In this document: positions 12,116-25,895 of the stretch, piece after piece
How the letters are laid out: the number at the start of each line of letters is the position of its first letter
Position numbering within the stretch: the stretch's first letter is position 1
DNA from: Mobula birostris
Lineage: Eukaryota
Direction of reading: 5' to 3'
Assembly: GCF_030028105.1 (NCBI RefSeq)
Contig: NC_092376.1
Coordinates: 134,848,230-134,912,229 of the forward strand
Length of the DNA: 64,000 bases
Notes under the pieces: model-generated
Seen by the model: only the letters and a program-made list of their open reading frames with translations
What the model was told of the DNA's origin: nothing
The model's database searches: none
Translations under genes and position numbers: made by a program

Positions 12116-12328
12116 CACGAGGAAATCTGCAGATGCTGGAATTTCAAGCAACACAAATAAAAGTTGCTGGTGAACGCAGCAGGCCAGGCAGCATCTCTAG
12201 GAAGAAGTATAGTCGACGTCTCGGGCCTGACGAAGGATCTTGGCCCAAAACGTCGACTGTTCCTCTTCCTAGAGATGCTGCCTGGCCTGCTGCGTTCACC
12301 AGCAACTTTTATGTGTGTTGCTTGAAAT
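12116..12328. mobile_element. Palindromic PLE-derived insertion centred on a hammerhead motif
   Basis: About 79-bp inverted arms (12141-12219, 12250-12328) around cctgacgaaggatcttggcccaaaac. TSD aaat(g/a)ccccaaa at 12104-12115 and 12325-12336. Confidence 0.85.
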
Positions 12329-12584
12329 ACCCCAAAGGTTACTTAGAGAGAAGAGTAAAGAGAGAGGAATAATTCAAGGCAGAGAAGTAAATTTGACAAA
12401 ATGAGTCAGGGTTACCAGACATATAAGATATTCTGATCTTGCTGAAACAATTCAAGTCTGTAATCCAAAGAGGAATTTGAGATGCATTGCAAAAAAGGCC
12501 TGAAGCTCCATTAGGTGATCATAACAAAAGACATATCTGAACACATTGTGTAATATATGTTGGTACATCTTTTCCTTATGTCAG

Positions 12585-12769
12585 GATATTGTTTATCAGT
12601 GGCAGTGAATTAAACTTAAAGATTGCAAGTAGTCTAGTTCAAGGAACTAATACATTGGAGCAACTACACTATTGAAAAGTCCAAAATGAAATACAATCAG
12701 TTGACAGTCTATAAAGAATATGTATTCATGTGAGGAGTGAAAGCAATTTGCTGCATTTGTGAATATAAT
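12585..12769 (+). pseudogene. FN3-like exon remnant
   Basis: Acceptor ttttccttatgtcag. GYCLSVAVN*...FKELIHWSNYTIE...QLTVYKEYVFM*GVKA matches FN3 'L...S.YTI' type motifs. Perfect donor gtaagt at 12770. Confidence 0.5.
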
Positions 12770-13039
12770 GTAAGTACATCTTAAAACGATGCAACATAAG
12801 GACCTCATGCATTTGTGCACCTTACAAGTTATACATTCTGCTTTAGGAACTCCTGGTGTGCTATAGATCTCGTCATAGTCAGAGTCAGCTACCAAACCTA
12901 GCATGGTGCAAAATTAATCACCAATAACATTAGAGAGGCCCCTAAGTACTTGCTGTCTTTGTCCTTCCTAAAGATCGAGGTTTGAAAGACGGTTTTGATG
13001 TTGCCTGGATAGTTAACTAGTGAACCTGTAAACGATGAA

Positions 13040-13290
13040 CATCACACACAAAATGCTGCAGGAACTCAGCAAGTCAGGCAGAGGCAGTGTACATGGAGGG
13101 GAGTAAAGGGTTGATTTTTCAGGTTGAGACCCTTCATCAGGACTGGAAAGGAAGGGGCAAGAATGGGGAGAGAAAGGGATTGCATACAAACTGGCATCTG
13201 ATAGGTGAGACCAGACAAGGTGAACACGTGGGAGAAGGGGGATTAAGTAAGAAGCAGGGAGGGAATAGATGGAAGAGGCCAAGGATGAAG
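13040..13290 (-). mobile_element. PLE 3'UTR-derived element with hammerhead-like core
   Basis: Minus strand agtcctgatgaagggtctcaacctgaaaaatcaacc followed by gacttgctgagttcctgcagcattttgtgtgt. Confidence 0.7.
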
Positions 13291-13959
13291 ATCTTTACAC
13301 TGTCATGTAAACATAGGAACATAAGAAGTAGGAGCATGGGTAGGAACAGTATATTTTGCCCTTCAAGCATTCTTCACTGCTTATCAGGACTATGGCTAAT
13401 CTTCTTTCTCAATGTCAGTTGCCTGCACATTCCAATCCCTTTAAGATCCAAATTTTGTTGACATCTTTATGAGTGAATTTAGTGACTGAGCCTTACAAAC
13501 CTTTACCATCCTCTGCAGGAAGAAATCCCTTCACATCTGTTTCAATGACCTAGTTCCTACTCTGAGACCGCAGTAAAATAGAACACGATGGAAAACACTC
13601 AGTGAGGAGGTATCCATGGAGAGAGAGACAGAATTAGCATTTAAGGTTGAAGATCTTTCATCAAAACTGAGAAAATAAGAAAACAAGTTGATTTGCAGAG
13701 AGGGTGAAGGAGGGATAGGACTATAGGAATATCTCTGATTTTCATTGTAAATGGAGGCTGATTTGCCCACCTGACCCCATGTTCTTACCAACTTACTTTT
13801 CTACATTCCTTGAAACCTACTCCCCATTAATAATTTCACCTTTTACTGTATCATCAGCAACTTGGAAATATGACTTTATTTTTCTACATTTCTTATGGAG
13901 ATCATATTGTGATTTCTGTACCACCCTCTACAGTTGAATCCTCGATCTCCTAACCGGAA

Positions 13960-14985
13960 GAACACAATCTGTGCAGAATGTTAGTAACATCTCATCCTCC
14001 CTGACGATCGACACTGGTACACCTCAGGAATGTGTGCTTAGTTCACTGCTCTACTCTCTCTACACCCATGTCTGTGTGGGTACGCATAGCTCAAATGCCA
14101 TCTATAAATTTGCTAATGATATAACTATTGTTGGCTAAATCTCAGATGGAGACGAGAGGAGATACAGGAGCAAGATATACCAGCTAGTTGAGTGGTTTTG
14201 CAGTAACATGCACTCAATATCAGTAACACCAAAATACTGGTTGTGGATTTCAGGAAGAGTAAGACAAGGGAACATGAACCAATCCTCACAAAGAGATCAG
14301 AATTGGAGAGAGTGAGCATTTCAAGTTCCTGGGTGTCAATATCTCTAAGGATCTAACCTGATCCCAATATATTGGGGCAGCTACAAAGAAGGCAAAACAG
14401 CAGCTATGTTTCATTAGGAACTTGAGGAGATTAGGTTTGTCACCTGAAACACTCAAAGACTTCAATGGATGTACTGTAGAGAGCATTCTGACAGGCTGAA
14501 TCACTGTCTGGTATGGGGGGGGGTGGTGGTGATGCTACTCCACAGGATCAAAAGAAACTACAGGAAGTTGTTAAATTTGTCAGCACCATCATGGGTACTA
14601 GCCTCCATAGTATCCAAAACATCTTCAAGGAATAGTGCCTCTGAAAGGCAACATCCATCATTAAGAACTCCAGTGACCCAGGACATGCCCTCTTCTCATT
14701 GTTGCCATCAGGAAGGAGATACAGAAGCCTGAAGGCACACATTCAGCGATTCAGGAGCAGCTTCATCTCTGTCATCCGATTCCGAAATGGACATTTAACC
14801 CATGAACACTACCTCACATTTATTATTTCTGTCTTTGTACTATTTCTAATTTAACTATTTTTTATATATATATATACTGACTCTATTTATTTTTTCTATA
14901 TTTATCATGTATTGCATTATACTGTTGCCACTAAGTTAACATTTTGCATGGTGTATGCCAATGATATTAAACCTGATTCTGATTC
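13960..14985 (+). mobile_element. Rex1/Babar LINE, 5'-truncated
   Basis: TGTPQECVLSSLLYSLYTH, KFANDITIVG, FKFLGVNISKDLT, LLPSGRRYRSLK. Tail aaacctgattctgattc. Confidence 0.85.
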
Positions 14986-16672
14986 CTTGTCTAGGTTATG
15001 GAGGTTATATTCTTGTGTACACTGGAGCCAGGTTTAAAAAGCAAACATGGCCTGTTGGGACTTTCTACAGAGCTTGAGATCACAGGGAAGGTTATTTGTA
15101 GAGAGTAGTTCCAGAATTATAAAGTGAGAGGGGCCTGTTGGAACTTCCTGCAGGGCTAGAGATCATTTAGTTTGTAAGGCACTTTTGGCAAGAGCCAATA
15201 AAATGAAGCTAGGTTTAAGCAGAGCACCATTGTGGGAACAGCCATTGTGTTAATGGGACAGAGTTAGAGTGAGAAACATTGGTTTAAGAGGGTTTGGTGA
15301 GGAGAGGCTGAGAGTACATTAAAGTTTCTGTCAAGTTTCTCTTTCTTTATTTATTATTGCCTAATTATAATGGTGAGAATGGATCCCAAGTCAGTGTTGT
15401 TTGATCTGAGAGACCTTCAGTCTCCCTGATAACTATATCTGGGTGATGCTCCCTTCTCGTAAGGGAGCTTGAACCGAATGGATCATTTGGGAGAATGAAG
15501 AGGTGATAGATAGGAGCTGCAGGGAGCTAATTATACATGTGGCAGGAGGCAAGTAGCTGGGTGACTGATAGGGAGCAGAAAGGGAATAAGCAGATAATCC
15601 AGAGCAGCCCTGTGGCCATTCTCCTTTATGACAAGTATAGCACTTTGGATACCTGTTGGGGGAATGGATATCCTACCAGTGGATAACCCCTGACAAGTTC
15701 TCTGGCACTGGGTGCAGCTAAGTAGCTCAGAAGGAGAGAAAAGAGGAGTGTGGTAGTACCAGGGGACTCAGTAGTTAGAGGAGCAGACAGGAGATCCTGT
15801 GGACATGAAAGAGAATCCCAGATGGTATATTGCCTCCTGTCTGCCAGGGTCAGGGAGGTCTCAGATTGGGTCCACAGTATTCTTAAGGGGAGGGTGAGCG
15901 AAATAAGTTGTGGTACACGTTGGTACAAAGTGACATGGGTGGGAAGAGGGATGATGTCCTGAAGGTCTATTCAGTTAGGTCGGAAGCTGAAAAGCAGAAC
16001 CTCAAGAATAATCATCTCTAGACTGCTGCCTGTGGCATGCATCAGTGGGGGTAAGAATAGGATGATATGAAAAATAAATGTGTGGCTGAAGAATTGGTGC
16101 AGAGGACAGGGTTTCAGATCTGTGGATCATTTGGATGTCTTCTGCAGAAAGTTTGACCTGTACAAAAAGAAAACTCAAGGGGACCAATATACTTGCAGGC
16201 AGGCTTACTCGTGCTGTTGGGGAGGATTTGACCTAGGTTAGCAGGCAGATGGGAACCAGAACGATAGGTTACAGGATGGAGTAGTTGGTGCAATGGTAGA
16301 TGCAGTGTGCAGAGACTGAGAGGAAAGATAGGCAGAGGATAGGACACAATTGCAGTCAGTTTGATGGGTTGAACTATGTCTATTTTAATGTGAGATGTAT
16401 CAGGAACAAGGACAATGGAGGTAGAACATGGATCAGTACTTGGAACTAAAAGTTCTGGCTATTACAGAGACATGGCTATCACAAGTGCTGGAATGTCTGC
16501 TGGATGTTCTGGGGTTTAGATATTTCAAAAGGGAGAGGGAGGGAGGTAAAAGATATAGACACCGTGGCGCAGATTTGGAGGCAGATTTTGGAAAAGTGCA
16601 AAAGTAACACGTTTGTTCTCATAGGGAATTTCAACGTCCCTAATATTGATTGGCATCTCCTTAATACAGAAG

Positions 16673-19070
16673 TATTTTATTTATTTACGTGTACAGCACA
16701 GAACAGGCCCTTCCAGCACAATGAGTTGCAAAGCCCAGCAACACACCTTTTGTATTTAACCCTAGCCAAATCACAGGACAATTTACAATGACCAATTAAA
16801 TTACTAACAGGGAGCGTGGGAGGAATCCGGGGAAAACAACTGAGTGATCAAGTGATCACAATTCTATCTCCTTTGGAGAAGGATAGAAACAGACAAGTTA
16901 GGAAAGTGTTTAATTGGAGTAAGAGGAAATATGAAGCTATCAGGCAGGAACTTGGAAGCATAAATTGGGAACAGATGTTCTCAGGGAAATATACGACAGA
17001 AATGAGGCAAAAGTTCAGGGGTTATTTGCGTGGTGTCCTGCATAGGTACATTCCGATGATACATGGAAATAAAAGTAGAGTACAGGAACCGTGGTGTACA
17101 AAGGCTGTTGAAAATGTAGTCAAGAAGAAAAGAAAAGCTTAGGGAAGGTTCAAAAAGCTAGGTAATGATAGAGATCTGGAAGATTAGAAGGCTTGCTGGA
17201 AGGAGTTTAAGAATGAAATTAGGAGAGCCAAAAGGGGTCATGAGAAGGCCTTGGTAGGCAGGATTAAGGAAAATCCCAAGGTATTCTACAAGTATGTGAA
17301 GAGCAAGAGGATAAGATGTGAGAAATTGGATCAATCGAGCGTGACAGTGGAAAAGTGTGTATGGAACCGAAGGAAATAGCTGAGGTACTTAATGAATACT
17401 TTGCTTCAGTATTCGCTACAGAAAAAGATCTTGGTGATTGTAGGGACGATTTACAGTGGATTGGAAAGCTTGAGCATATAGACATTAAGAAAGAGCATGT
17501 GCTGGAGCTTTTGGAAAGCATCAAGTTGGATAAGTCACTGGGACGATACAAGGTGTAACCCAGGTTACTGTGCGAGGCGCGGGAGGAGATTACTGAGCCC
17601 CTGGCAATGATTTTTGCATCATCGATGCGGACGAGAGAAGTTCCAGAAGATTGGAGGGTTTCAGTTGTTGTTCCCTTATTCAAGAAAGGGTGTAGAGATA
17701 ACCCAGGAAATTATAGACCAGCGAGTCTTACTTCAGTGTTTGGTAAGTTGATGGAAAAGATTCTGAGAGGTAGGATTTATGAACATTTGGAGAGCCATAA
17801 TATGATTAGGAATAGTCAGAAAGGTTTTGTCAAAGGCAGGTCATGCCCTGTATGAGCCTGATTAAATTTTTTGAGGATGTGACTGAACACATTGATGACG
17901 GTTGAGCGGTAGATGTAGTGTATATGGATTTCAGCAAGGCATTTGATAAGGTACCCTACGCGAGGCTTATTGAGAAAGTAAGGAGGCATGGAATCCAAGG
18001 GGACCTTGCTTTGTGGATCCAGAATTGGCTTGTTCACAGAAGGCAAAGAGTGGTTGTAGAAAGATCATATTCTGCATGGAAGTTGGTGACCAGTGGTGTG
18101 CCTCAGGGGTCTGTTCTGGGACCCCTTCTCTTCGTGATTTTTATAAATGACCTGGATGAAGAAGTGGAAGGATGGGTTAGTAAATTTGCTGATGACACAA
18201 AGGTTGGGGCTATTGTGGATAGTGTGTAGGGCTGTCAGAGGTTACAGCAGGACATCGATAGAATGCAAAACTGGGCTGAGAAGTGGCAGATGGAGTTCAA
18301 CCCAGATAAGTGTGAAGTGGTTCATTTTGGTAAGTCAAATATGATGGCAGAATATAGTATTAATGGTAAGATTCTTGCAAGTGTGGACAATCAGAGGGAT
18401 CTTGGGGTTCGAGTCCATAGGACTCTCAAAGCTGCTGCACAGGAGTATGGTTAAGAAGGCGTACAGTGCATTGGCCTTCATCAACCATGGGATTGAGTTT
18501 AAGAGCCGTGAGGCAATGTTATAGCTGTATAGGACCCTCGTCAGACCTCATTAGGAGTACTGTGCTCAGTTCTGGTCACTTCACTACAGGAAGGATGTGG
18601 AAACTATAGAAAGAGTGCAGAGGAGATTTGGAAGGATATTGCCTGGATTGGGAAGCATGCCTTATGAGAATAGGTTGCGTGAAATCAACCTTTTCTCCTT
18701 GGATGGCGGAGGATGAGAGGTGACCTGGTAGAGGTGTATAAGATGATAAGAGGCGTTGATCATGTGGATAGTCAGAGGCTTTTCCCAGGACTGATAGGGT
18801 CTTTTAAGAGACTCCTGGATAGGTACATGTAACTTAGAAAAATAGAGGGCTATGGATAACCCTAGGTAATTTCTAAAGTAAGTACATGTTTGGCACAGCA
18901 TTGTAGGCCGAAGGGCCTGTATTGCGCTGTAGGTTTTCTATGTTTCTAAAACCCACACACTCATGAGAAGGACATAGAAACTTCTTACAGACGGCATTGG
19001 AATTGAACTCTGAGCTCTGACGCCTGAGCTGTAATAGTGTTGCACTAACCACTACACAATTCTGGCATCC
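16673..19070 (-). mobile_element. V-SINE (HE1-like) split by a young CR1
   Basis: SINE tail at 16673-16810 and head at 18948-19070, both matching 24853-25123. Confidence 0.75.
16811..18947 (+). mobile_element. Young CR1 LINE, 5'-truncated
   Basis: [43 protein letters not shown]. Tail ttctatgtttcta. Same subfamily as 61995-64000. Confidence 0.95.
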
Positions 19071-20611
19071 AACGGATTGAGATGGAGTGGAATTTGTTCA
19101 GTGTGTACAGGAAGGATTCCTGGCTCAATTTTCAGGCCAGCTGGAGGTGAGGCCATAATAGATCTTGGTAACAGGCAAAGAACCTGGTCAGGTGACAGAT
19201 CTCATGGTAGGTGAGCATTTCCAAGAAACTGATCTTTACCATAGCATTGTGGAGGGATAGGACCAGACAGTATGGGGAAATATTCAATTGGCAGAAACTT
19301 GGGAACGTAAATTAGAGAAGATATACTCAAGGAAATGTGCAATAGAAATGTGGAGGCTGTTTAGGCAGCTCCCCTGGGGGATCTGGAAAGGTTTGCCCCA
19401 TTGAGACAGGGATTGTATGGTAGGTGAAGGAACCATGAGATGTGGACCATCTTAAGAAGAACAAAGAAGTTTACTTAAGTTTCAGAAAGCAATCATGAGA
19501 TAGGGCTCTAGAGAATTACAAGGTAGCCAGGAAGGAGTTTAAGAATGGCCGTAGGAAGCTAGAAGGGGACATGAAAATGCCTTAATGAGTCAGATTCTGG
19601 AAAATCCCATGCATTCTACACGGAGTTGAAGAACAGGAGGATGACTAGCTTGAGTGTAGGAAGGATCAGGGATAAACAAGGAAACATGTCCTGGAGTCAG
19701 CAGAGGTCGGGGAGGTCTTTAATGAAAAACTTCCTTCAGTATTCTACAGTGAGAGGACCTTGAGGACATCTTAATGCAAGCTTATATGCTGGAACTTATT
19801 GATGTTAAGAAAGAGGATGTGCTGCAATTTTTGAAGAACATTACGATTGTTAAGTCCCTCAGACTGAAAGGGATATACCTCTCAGCTTACTACCAGAAGT
19901 GAGAGAAGAAATTGGTGTGCTTTTGTTAGTGACCTTTGCGTCCTCATTAACCACAGGAGTAATAGCAGTAGATTGGAGGATGTTTGTTCGAGAAAGTTAA
20001 TAGGAGTAATCCTGGGAATTATAGATCAGTGAGTCTTACATCAGAGGTGGGCAAACCATTAGAAAACATTCTTAGAGACAGGATTTGCAAGCATTTGGAG
20101 AAGCATACTCTGATTTGAGATTGTCCGCATGACTTTCTGAAGGGCAGGTTATAATTCACAAACCTGATTGAATTCTTTGAGGATGTTACATAAAACATTT
20201 GTGAAGGTAGAGCAATGGATGTGGTGTATATGGATTTTAGTGAAGTGTTTGACAAGGTTGCCCATGTTAGTTAGGCTCATTCAGAAAGTCAGGAAGCCTG
20301 GGATCCAGGGAAACTTGGCTGCATGAACTCAGAATTGGCCTGCCCACAAAAGACAAAGGCTACTCATAGACAGAGTGTACTTTGCCTGGATGTTGGTGCC
20401 CAGTGTTTTTCTGCAGAGATTTCTGGGACCCCTGCATATTGCAATTTTTATAAATGGCTTGGAAGAGGAAATGAAAGTGTGGGTTAATAAGTTTGCAGAA
20501 TACACAGAGATATTGTGGATAGCGTAGAAGGTTATCATATGTTACAATGGGACATTTATAGGATATAGAGCTGGGCTGGTAAGTGGCAGATAGAGTTCAA
20601 TAAGAAAATAT

Positions 20612-20900
20612 ACTTCATTTATTTATTTAGTGATAGAGTGCAGAGTCCAGCCCTCCAAACTGCTCTGCCTCAGCAACCCCTGACAACCTCGATTTAACTC
20701 TAACCTAATTGTGGGGCAATTTACTATGATCAATTACCCTATCTCATACATCTTTGAAATGTTGAAGGAAATTAGAGCACCCAGGAAAAATCCATGCATT
20801 CCATGGGGCAAACATGCAAAGACTCCTTACAAAGGATGCCGGAAATGAACTCCAATGCCCCAAGCTGTAATAGTGTAACACTAACTGATATTCTACCATG
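20612..20900 (-). mobile_element. V-SINE (HE1-like)
   Basis: ttatttattt tail, ggaaattagagcacccaggaaaa V-domain, tRNA-like head. Confidence 0.7.
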
Positions 20901-23900
20901 GCAAATGTGATACAATTTGAAAAGTCGAGTTTAAGGGCAGAATACAGGGTTAATGCCAGGATTCTTAGCAGTGTGGAGGAACAGAGGGATCTTGGGGTCT
21001 ACCTCCATAGATCCCTTAGCTACACACACAAAATGCAGGAGGAACTCAGCAGGTCAGGCAGTATCTATGGAAATGAATAAACAGTTGATGATTTGGACCA
21101 AGATCCTTCATTAGAGAGTCATGCAAGTTGACAGCGTGGTTAAGAAGTCATATGGTGTGTTGATATGAGGCATAAGCACATTTTATGGGGATAGATTCAG
21201 TGAGCTTTTATCTTTGGAGCAAAGGAGTATGAGATGTGGTTTGATATAGGTGTATAAGATGATAAAAGGTATAGATAGCATGGATAGCCAGAGACTTTTT
21301 TTCGAGAGCAGAAATTGCTAACATGAGGGGAATAATTTTAAGGTGATTAGAGCAAAGTGTAGGGGAGATGTCAGAAGTAGGTTTTTAACACAATGAGTAG
21401 TGGGTACATGATACACACTGCCAGAGGTGGTGAGAGAGGCAGGAACATTAGGGACATCTAAGAGACTTATAGATTGGGTCATGCATGAAAGAAAAATAGA
21501 GGGCTCTGCTGGAGGGAAGGCTTAGATTAGGATACAAATTCAGCACAGCATCGTGGCCCAAAGGGCCTGGAATGTGCTGTACATTTCTGTTCTCGATGTT
21601 CTATCTTCAAAGACATTTCAACCCCTTATATGACTCATGAATAGCTCAAACCCAGGACTGAACTTTGTGGTGTCATTAATCACAGCCTTTAAAGTTCTAT
21701 TTATTCCCACTCTTTACTTTCCTTCTAATAACCAATTCTCACTCTGCATCCATGTACTGTCTCCAACTTCATGTACTTTAACCTTATTGAAACAAGCAGT
21801 CACGGTATTGACCATACAAATATACAACTTACACCTCTTCTCTTTCATCTATTCTACTAGTTGAATTTCCAAATATAATTTTTCTTTCTCAAATCCATGT
21901 TGATCCTGCTCTTCTGTCATTAGCTACTTCACTAGAGACTCTAGCACTGTTCCCTTCATTTCCATTTGGCTAACAGGGAAGTAGCTCCCTGTTTTTACTC
22001 TCCTCCCTGCTTAAGTAGTTTGGTCACGCCTGTTATCCTCCAAATGTCCAATAACAATTCCATAAGATAATAACTAGAGCATTTACTATCTCATTCAAAT
22101 GTCTGGGATGGAGATTACTTGGATTTATCATATTTCAGTCTCATCAACTTCTTTAGCATTTTGTCTATCAATCCTTATTCATGTAGTTTCTCTTCTTCAG
22201 TAGACCAATGTTCTCTGATAGTTCTGGCAGAGTGTTAGATATTATTTTGTGAAGTGGACACAAATTAGCTAATAAATTTGACTGCCATTTCCTTTTTCTG
22301 CACTGCATTTTTCTCATCTTTGTTTATAAAGACCCTCATGTGACCTAGGTAATCTTTACCCTTTTTCATAGCCTTTGTCTTGCCAGTTTACTCTCAAATT
22401 CTATCTCACCCTCTTTATTAATTTCCTGAAATCTAAAATGCTCCTAATCGTCAGTGTTGCTCTTTATTTTTGGTAACTGTAGAAAAATCTCTCTTGGATT
22501 CAAATTCTCCTGTCTGACAAGGATGGATCACATTTCTTGTTGGATTTTCATGACCTAATGGTTTTTATTTTTACAAATATGGGCTATGGGTAACCCTAGG
22601 TTATTCTAAAGTAAGTACATGTTTGGCACAGCATTGTGGGCTGAAGGGCCTGTATTGTGCTGTAGGTTTTCTATGTTTCTAAATAGTGTTTCTCTCCTTT
22701 AAATTCTAGCCATTGCCTATTGATCATCATTTCTTTCAGTGTAATTTCCCAATCTACCAAACCAATTCTTCCCTCGCAGTTTCCTATGTTTAGATTTAAC
22801 AGCCTAATTTTGGATTGAACCACATTATTTGAAAAGTCATGTAAGAATTCTGTCCTGTTGTGGTTACACTTCCCTAACAGCACATTTCCCACAAAGATAT
22901 CAGATTTACGTGATTGGTCACTTTCTTTTTGGAGATGGACCTGTCCGGCAATTGTGCATTATTTTCCACATAACGGCTAAAGCCTGTTTGTTGTCTATGT
23001 CTTTCCATGTGCAGGCATAGTTTGCTTTATTTTTCTGGAAGACTTGTGATTGGAGTTCAGTTATGTGCAATCGTCAGAAGTAACATCACCTACAAGACAG
23101 TTAAAGATACTTGAGCCTAGGACATTGCTCTGAAAAACTCCTGCAGTGATGTCCTAAGACTTATTATTAGACCTACTACAACCAGTACTACTTTTCTTTG
23201 TGTGAAATGAGAACTTTCCATTTGATACCATTGACTTCAATTTTACCATGACTTCTTGATGCCTTGATATCAAAGGCAGTTATTTTCAACTTATCTTTGG
23301 AATTTACCTCTTTGGTCCATGTTGGACAAAGGCTGTGATGAGGTCTGTAGCAAAATGGTTTTAGCAAGGTGGCATCCGTGAGTAAATCATTGCTGCTAAA
23401 GAGCACTGTTGACTACTTCCATCATTTGCCAATTATTGAAAGAAGATTGACTCAGTGACAACGGGCTAAATTGAATATGTGCGCTCCAGAATTCATGAAA
23501 TATTATTACCATTATATGTGGATATTTAGCAAAAAAAACAACATTCCAGGTACAATGCGAATTGATAAACTATTTCTGTGATGCAAGTTTTACTAAAAAT
23601 AATAGAATATTATTGTTTAACTGATTTGTTTGTTACAAATATATTAAAACCTCAAACCTTTTTACATTAGATCGCTTCTATGGATAATTTCATCTGAGAT
23701 TAATTTTCAGCAATTTTGTTGTCAATCATGCTTAACACTTGACATTCTACATGTGTATTGAACAACAGAATGCTCCATTCCATCCTTACAAAGCCCACAG
23801 ATACATTCATAACAGCATAATTGCTTTATAAACACAACCAATTTTCTTGAAATTTGCATTGCCTCAGTATAGTCACTGTTTGTATAAAATCAAAAAGCTA

Positions 23901-24000
23901 AACCCAGGTGGTACAGACAAATGAAATTCTTGTGTTCCAAATACACTGTGCTGTTAAGTGTTCAGAGGAAGTTTAGTTCATGTTTACTTCTCAGTCTCAG

Positions 24001-24344
24001 GTGTGCCATCTGTGCTGATTGGAGCCTATGCAAAGAGCTTCCCAGGGAGAGGGAAAAATAGAGTGTGTCATGAAATGTTGTGCAATGTAGCTGGTGGCCA
24101 ACTCAAGAGCATTATTGGCAGAAGCCTGGGAGTAGATTGACTTTGCTGGTTCACAATCCAGGGATGAAAGATATTTTCTGATGGAAAAAAGAAAATTAGA
24201 AAGGAAGATTTTCTTTGTGACTCTTTTTGGAGGGCATTTAATTATATTAAGACTAAAGTAATTGTATATCTGATCCATGGAGACAAATAAAAAACATCAA
24301 TTACCCTTATTAAATGAAGTTGTACAGTCTCAGGTTATAATATG
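24001..24344 (+). pseudogene. FN3-like exon remnant (about 340 bp)
   Basis: Acceptor ttctcagtctcag. GVPSVLIGAYAKSFPGRGKNRVCHEMLCNVAGGQLKS resembles 'GVPS.P..V.A....I.V.W..P....GG.L.SY'. Later LFLEGI*LY*D*S in another frame. Confidence 0.5.
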
Positions 24345-24852
24345 GTGAAGTGGACCCAATCTACACCAACTGAATTTGCCAGATCCAACTGACTGATTTA
24401 TCAGCATGTAGGCTATATGGCAACTGTTGCAACATGGCTTGTTGAGTACTTTCATCTATGGAAAAGCAAACAGGGTTAATATTCTAGCAGCTGACTGAAC
24501 AATTCCTTTCGTTTTGTATCCAAGAGCAAGTTGGGACTTTATTTTGATTCTTTTCAATGACCATCATTGAAATCCCGAGAACCAGTTCCTTCTAAATTTT
24601 TCGCCTGAGCTTGTTTGCTAATATGTACAGTATATATTACCATATAACATTTATTATATATTGTATGATATGGGAAACATGGGATACATTTGTCCTTCAC
24701 AAATGTTTACAAGTTTCCTTAGATGGAGATGGAATTCACCAGCCTAAATCTTTTGCTTGCTTAATGAAAACTGGAAAGCCAAATCTTCGCAATAAGAGAA
24801 TTCATTCTCTGAACCTTATCATGACGGAACAGTTAATAAAAGCTTATCGCAA

Positions 24853-25123
24853 ATTTATTTATTTATTGGTATCCAGCACAGAATAGGCCCTACCAGCCCT
24901 CTGAGCCGCGCTGCCTAGCAATCTCCCTATTTATCCTAGCCTAGTCATGGGACAATTTATAATGACCAACTAACCTACCAACTGGTATGTCTTTGGAATG
25001 TGGGAGGAAACCTGGGCTTTCTTGGGGAGAATGTACAAACTCCTTACAGGCAGTGACGGGATTTGAACCTGAGTCGTTGGTACTGTAAAGCGTTGTGCTA
25101 ACCACTATGCTACCACACCATCC
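24853..25123 (-). mobile_element. V-SINE (HE1-like)
   Basis: Minus strand tggtgtggtagcatagtggttagc (A box)...caggttcaaatcc (B box)...aaggagtttgtacattctcccc...gtttcctcccacattccaaagac (V-domain), (aaat)n tail. Confidence 0.85.
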
Positions 25124-25895
25124 CAATTGAAGAGGATTAATATGAAAACTATTTTTTCAGCTCTTCTGATAATATTTGATATGTCAGTAGAAATAACAGT
25201 AATAACCAGTCTTTTACTGCAGCAAAGGCGAGCCAATATTTAGAAGCCTCTTATAGGGGCAGGAGCACAATAAAGTGGCGGTAGTTACAAACTGGGTCCA
25301 CAGGAAAGATATAGTCTGCTTTGATTGTGTTGTAATGTATCTGCTGCTAATTACTCATCCCCTCCTACTAATACTTGCAAAGTTGTCCATAGGGTTTTTG
25401 TGGCAAGGTTTGGAAGTAGGTTGCCAGGCCTTTCTTCTGCGCAGATAGTTGGGTCCTGGCTAGATTCGAACACAGGACTGCCTGCCTCAAAGTTCAGTGC
25501 TGATGTCACTACACCACTGACTGGTCCAACTTGATGTAGATATGATTACATAATAATTTCTTGTTACTTATCCAGGAATTCTAACCATCATCAAAGTGAA
25601 ACCACAAATAGCCCTCTATGAGAAGACAATGGCATGGAAACATCAATGAAACTATTTTCTGTCTGCAACATTAAGTGTTGTGGTTTGTTCATTTGAAGAA
25701 ATGAGACAAATATAGTACATATGTCTAAATTCACAGTCTCATATTTGAGTTCGACTTCCAGTTCAATACAATCCAATTTGACTTAGGGGCAAAATTGTCA
25801 CAGGAGAAAGACATGGGGGCATTGTATTGATTTAAATTTTTTTCTCTCACATTTTTTCTTCATTTTCTGACAAAGTTAACTAATACTTGCACTCC

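Larger units (their letters stand above)
15200..21605 (+). mobile_element. Old near full-length CR1 LINE (ORF1 esterase-like plus ORF2 EN/RT), host to nested insertions
   Basis: ORF1 VVPGDSVVRGADRRSCGHERESQMVYCL. EN GNFNVPNIDW. RT remnants at 19900-20600. 3' tail at about 21600. Confidence 0.85.

Noticed and set aside
25040-25123. tRNA gene (A and B boxes)
   Set aside because: It is the tRNA-derived head of a V-SINE, followed by the V-domain and tail.
25576-25810. Further possible FN3 exon after the acceptor ttatccag
   Set aside because: Position fits the pseudogene, but the motif match is too weak to list as a feature.
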